A stretch of 64,000 bases of DNA from Salpingoeca rosetta (taxonomy: Eukaryota > Protista > Choanoflagellata), in assembly GCA_033442325.1 (NCBI GenBank), contig JAWQFM010000028.1:164749-228748 (forward strand). The letters are read 5' to 3'. The translations under genes were made by a program, and so were the position numbers. The stretch's first letter is position 1. Every line of letters starts with the position of its first letter. This document shows, one piece after another, positions 62,448 through 64,000 of the stretch. The notes below the pieces were generated by a model. That model saw only the letters and a program-made list of their open reading frames with translations, searched no databases and had not been told where the DNA came from.

Positions 62448-64000
62448 CCGCCACGCCGTTGTTGGCGCTCAGCGAGGCGGCTACCAGGGTCAAGGCAGCG
62501 GTGCCGGCAGTGGGCGTATCGGCTACGAGCGCCGAACGTCTGAGCCAATAATGGCTCCTCAGGCGGGCATGGTGCTGGCAAACGGGTACCCTGCTGTGGC
62601 GACACCTGCGTTGCCGACTGCGCCCGTTGCCGGCGCGCCCGCCCCGCTGCTGGGCCACGTGCCGCCTGGCATGGTGGTACCCTCCGTGCAGGGCTCACCC
62701 CCACGGAGCGCAGGCAATGCCAGTGGTAGCGTGAGAGGAAACAGCGCCTCTGCCCAGCAGCAGCAGCATGGTCGGCACTCTGCGTCGTCCTCCCTGAGCC
62801 GTCAAGAACAGCCCGGTGGTCACCACCACCATCAGCAGCAGGCGCCACAGGGCAGCAGCCAACAGCGCAGCCACAGCCACCACTCTAAAGGTGGACGCCG
62901 CAACAGGCGAAGCCCAACCGTGCGCGCCCGTGCCAGGTCACAGTCCCCAGAGGCCTCCACGCGCAACAGCGGCAGGCACACAGAAGGTATGCGAGCTGGC
63001 CTGTTGCAGCACCCGTCTGAGACAAAAGCCCATGCGCAACAGCAACAGGTGCCACCACAGCCAAAGCCACCACAGCAGGCGCAGGCGCAGTCGCAGTCGT
63101 CCACGCAGAAGCAGGCGCAACCACAACCGCAACCGCAATCGTATGCGCAGCGGCTTGCCAGTGGGGCTCGTCGCGACCAGGCGCCCTCAGCATCTGCTGC
63201 CTCCGCCTCCAAGAAGCAGCAACAGCAAGGGCCCAGCAAGGGCAAGCAGGGCGCGGCACACCCTGGCGCTACTGGCAACGGGAACACCAAACGGTCGTCT
63301 GGACAACAACAGCAGCAGCAACAACAACAACAACAACAGCAGCAGCAGCAGCAGCAGCAGCAGAGCGCTCGCGCTCATGGCAGCAACCATGTCGACACTG
63401 GCAACAACGACGGCGCTGGTCAGCGACGTGGCAAGAAAGGCCGCGGGAAGAAAGGCAACAAGAACAGCAAGAACATGCGAAGCAGCAGCGTGTCGTCGCT
63501 GACCATTCCCTCGTCTATGGCGCCAAGTTCCAGTGCGCCGGCCACGCCGACCGTGACGATGCCGCCGTCCCCGGCACGAGACACAGGCGCCACCCAGCCC
63601 AAGACGCAGCTGCCCAAGGGCGCCCCGACATACAGCAGCAAGGTGGCGCAGGCAAATGCCATGCAGCAAAAAGCAGCGCGTGCCAGCAGCAAGAGCCCTC
63701 CCGGGGGCGCCAACACCTCGGCAACGATGCGGCCCATCAACTACGCCAAAGCAGCCACGGGCGGCTCGAGCGCCCAGCAGTCGAAACAATCCCAGCAACG
63801 CAAGCAGCAGCAGCAGCACAGAGCGCAGACGCCGCAGGAGCAGTCGGGCAAGCAGAAGCAGAAGCAGTCCCATCGTCGCCAGCAGTCGGCTTCGTCGCCC
63901 GGAAGTGCAAAGCTCACCTCGAACTGGCGCAGCAGTGCCGGTGCTCCTGCACAGTCTCAGTCGCAGTCGCAGCAGCCCAGCCGCGGCAAACAGCAACACA
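57958..64000 (+). CDS. TENT5/FAM46-family non-canonical poly(A) polymerase; exon 57958-58251 plus exon 58594 to beyond 64000 (3'-partial)
   Basis: DVRLEGSGATH..|NDLDVVF, LDLKFV..YEFSVNSFQL, then ESTYGDVRAAIEH..RGGCLLRY..LNRYMVSH. These match FAM46 motifs (VRLNGS, DLD, ELKFV, FEFSVDSFQI, ESMYGDF, GGGLLKY). The ORF track omits exon 2, consistent with it running off the window end; frame spot-checked at several points. Confidence 0.88.

Overview
Gene-dense, intron-rich eukaryotic DNA saturated with (GT)n/(CA)n microsatellites. The gene content (PTB/PH adaptor, FIBP, myosin III-like, TENT5/FAM46) and repeat style suggest a unicellular holozoan, most likely a choanoflagellate such as Salpingoeca; this is inference, not verified. 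Most ORF-track entries are repeat artefacts (poly-VC/HT). Manual splicing supports 14 genes: BRPF-like PHD/bromodomain (5'-partial), PH-RA-PTB adaptor, FIBP, METTL21-type methyltransferase, ZCCHC8-like plus ankyrin, Rab5-family GTPase, eL41/RPL41, tandem acetoacetate decarboxylase, ABCH-like transporter, an intronless secreted protein, a giant kinase-myosin-PTP protein, a lysophospholipid acyltransferase, a coiled-coil protein and TENT5/FAM46 (3'-partial). The top finding is a myosin III-like chain that joins an atypical kinase, a motor, an intact tyrosine phosphatase and a Smad MH2-like domain. Also notable are a strand-polarised CA-before/GT-after repeat pattern around coding segments, an active/dead ADC tandem, and a TENT5 split by a ~620-aa insertion behind an ATG-depleted leader. 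Exon boundaries were assigned by eye.
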